Shown: positions 63,182 through 64,000 of the stretch, piece by piece
Position numbering within the stretch: the stretch's first letter is position 1
Layout: every line of letters begins with the position of its first letter
NCBI GenBank assembly: GCA_049519955.1
Contig: JBEKQG010000001.1
Location: forward strand, 2,590 to 66,589
Direction: 5' to 3'
DNA length: 64,000 nucleotides
From: Terriglobales bacterium
Lineage (GTDB): Bacteria > Acidobacteriota > Terriglobia > Terriglobales > Acidobacteriaceae
Made by a program: the position numbers and the translations under genes
The notes under the pieces: generated by a model
The model's input: only the letters and a program-made list of their open reading frames with translations
What the model was told of the DNA's origin: nothing
Database searches by the model: none

Positions 63182-64000
63182 ATGCCCGAACTTCGCGACC
63201 AAGTCAAGACGCAAGCCGCCGCCAACAGCGCTGCCGTCACTAAGAATACGAAGGCCCAAGGCCTCACCTTCCGCCGCTTTTTCACCAAGCCCGGCGTCTC
63301 GCCGTATTCCGAAGTCGAGTGGGAACTCCGCGACGCTCAGATCACCGACTCCCAGGGCGGCATGATCTTCGAGCAGAAGAACGTCGAAGTCCCCAAAGAC
63401 TGGTCCATGACCGCGACCAACATCGTCGCCTCGAAATACCTTCACGGCCAGATGGGCGCCACTGAGCGCGAAACCGGCGTGCGCCAACTCGTCACCCGCG
63501 TCGCCGAAACCATTCGCGACTGGGGCATAAAAGACGGATACTTCCGCTCTTCCGAAGACGCCGCCGCGTTTCACGACGAACTCGTCCATCTGCTCATCCG
63601 CCAGCATGTGGCTTTCAACTCGCCCGTCTGGTTCAACGTTGGCTGCGAGCGGGTCGAGCCGAAATCCGACGCCACCAACTGGCACTGGAATTTCGCCACC
63701 CAGCAAGTGGAATTCGGCGTTACCGGGTACACGCGCCCGCAGTGCTCGGCCTGCTTCATCAATTCGGTGAGAGATTCGCTTGATTCCATCCTCACGCTGG
63801 CCAAGACCGAAGGCATGCTCTTCAAGTGGGGATCGGGCACGGGCACAAATCTCTCGCCGCTGCGCTCGTCCACCGAAGTTCTCAGCGGAGGCGGCACGGC
63901 CAGCGGCCCGCTCAGCTTCATGAAGGGTTTTGACGCCTTTGCCGGCGTCATCAAGTCCGGAGGCAAGACGCGCCGCGCCGCCAAGATGGTCATTCTCAAC
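63182..64000 (+). CDS. nrdJ: adenosylcobalamin-dependent (class II) ribonucleotide reductase, N-terminal 273 codons; continues beyond the window
   Basis: Own translation from ATG 63182, with AGGAGA upstream, gives MPELRDQVKT...GLTFRRFFTKPGVSPYSEVEWELRDAQITDSQGGMIFEQKNVEVPKDWSMTATNIVASKYLHG...NSPVWFNVGC...QCSACFI...GSGTGTNLS. It is open to the window end. It is absent from the ORF track because it has no stop codon. Confidence 0.85.
   Translation, partial: MPELRDQVKTQAAANSAAVTKNTKAQGLTFRRFFTKPGVSPYSEVEWELRDAQITDSQGGMIFEQKNVEVPKDWSMTATNIVASKYLHGQMGATERETGVRQLVTRVAETIRDWGIKDGYFRSSEDAAAFHDELVHLLIRQHVAFNSPVWFNVGCERVEPKSDATNWHWNFATQQVEFGVTGYTRPQCSACFINSVRDSLDSILTLAKTEGMLFKWGSGTGTNLSPLRSSTEVLSGGGTASGPLSFMKGFDAFAGVIKSGGKTRRAAKMVILN

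Noticed and set aside
1-64000. Scan of the whole window for rRNA, tRNA, tmRNA, RNase P, SRP RNA, CRISPR arrays, transposases and integrases
   Set aside because: I did not recognise any of these by eye in any intergenic gap over 150 bp or in any ORF translation. A covariance-model scan would be needed to exclude small RNAs.

Overview
The window is a high-GC bacterial chromosomal segment (GC judged by eye, not computed). Gene content and repeat types look Acidobacteriota/Terriglobia-like, which is an inference from memory and not verified. I support about 58 protein-coding genes. I found no rRNA, tRNA, CRISPR array, transposase or integrase.

The backbone is ordinary housekeeping:
- PhoU and a PhoR/PhoB-like two-component pair
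- tsaD and cca
- rplM-rpsI
- rpsB-tsf-pyrH-frr-bamA
- murJ, bactofilin and RNase R
- an MltD-like transglycosylase and fabG
- hemE-hemH-hemY
- the hydrogenase maturation set hypC-D-E-A-B-F
- the 5' part of a class II (B12-dependent) ribonucleotide reductase, which runs off the right edge

Small accessory insertions are embedded in this backbone:
- A RelE/HigB-type toxin plus HigA-type antidote cassette sits between two copies of the phoR 3' end.
- A lower-GC free-standing HNH endonuclease gene splits the tsf-pyrH junction.
- A divergent radical-SAM / pentapeptide-repeat-TIR gene pair is bracketed by direct (CTGAGAA)n arrays.
- A PstI/BsuBI-family type II restriction-modification pair is present.

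The most unusual property is the repeat landscape:
- Many intergenic hairpins have arms built from degenerate short tandem 'words'.
- There are several REP-like palindromic families.
- Copies of these repeats appear to be inserted in frame into essential genes (cca, rnr).
- A separate 15-bp coding tandem repeat expands tsaD.

I do not see a convincing complete multi-gene novel defence system. The best candidate for new biology is the standalone pentapeptide-TIR gene, together with its repeat-bracketed block and its upstream element. All functional calls rest on motif recognition by eye and need HMM or BLAST confirmation.
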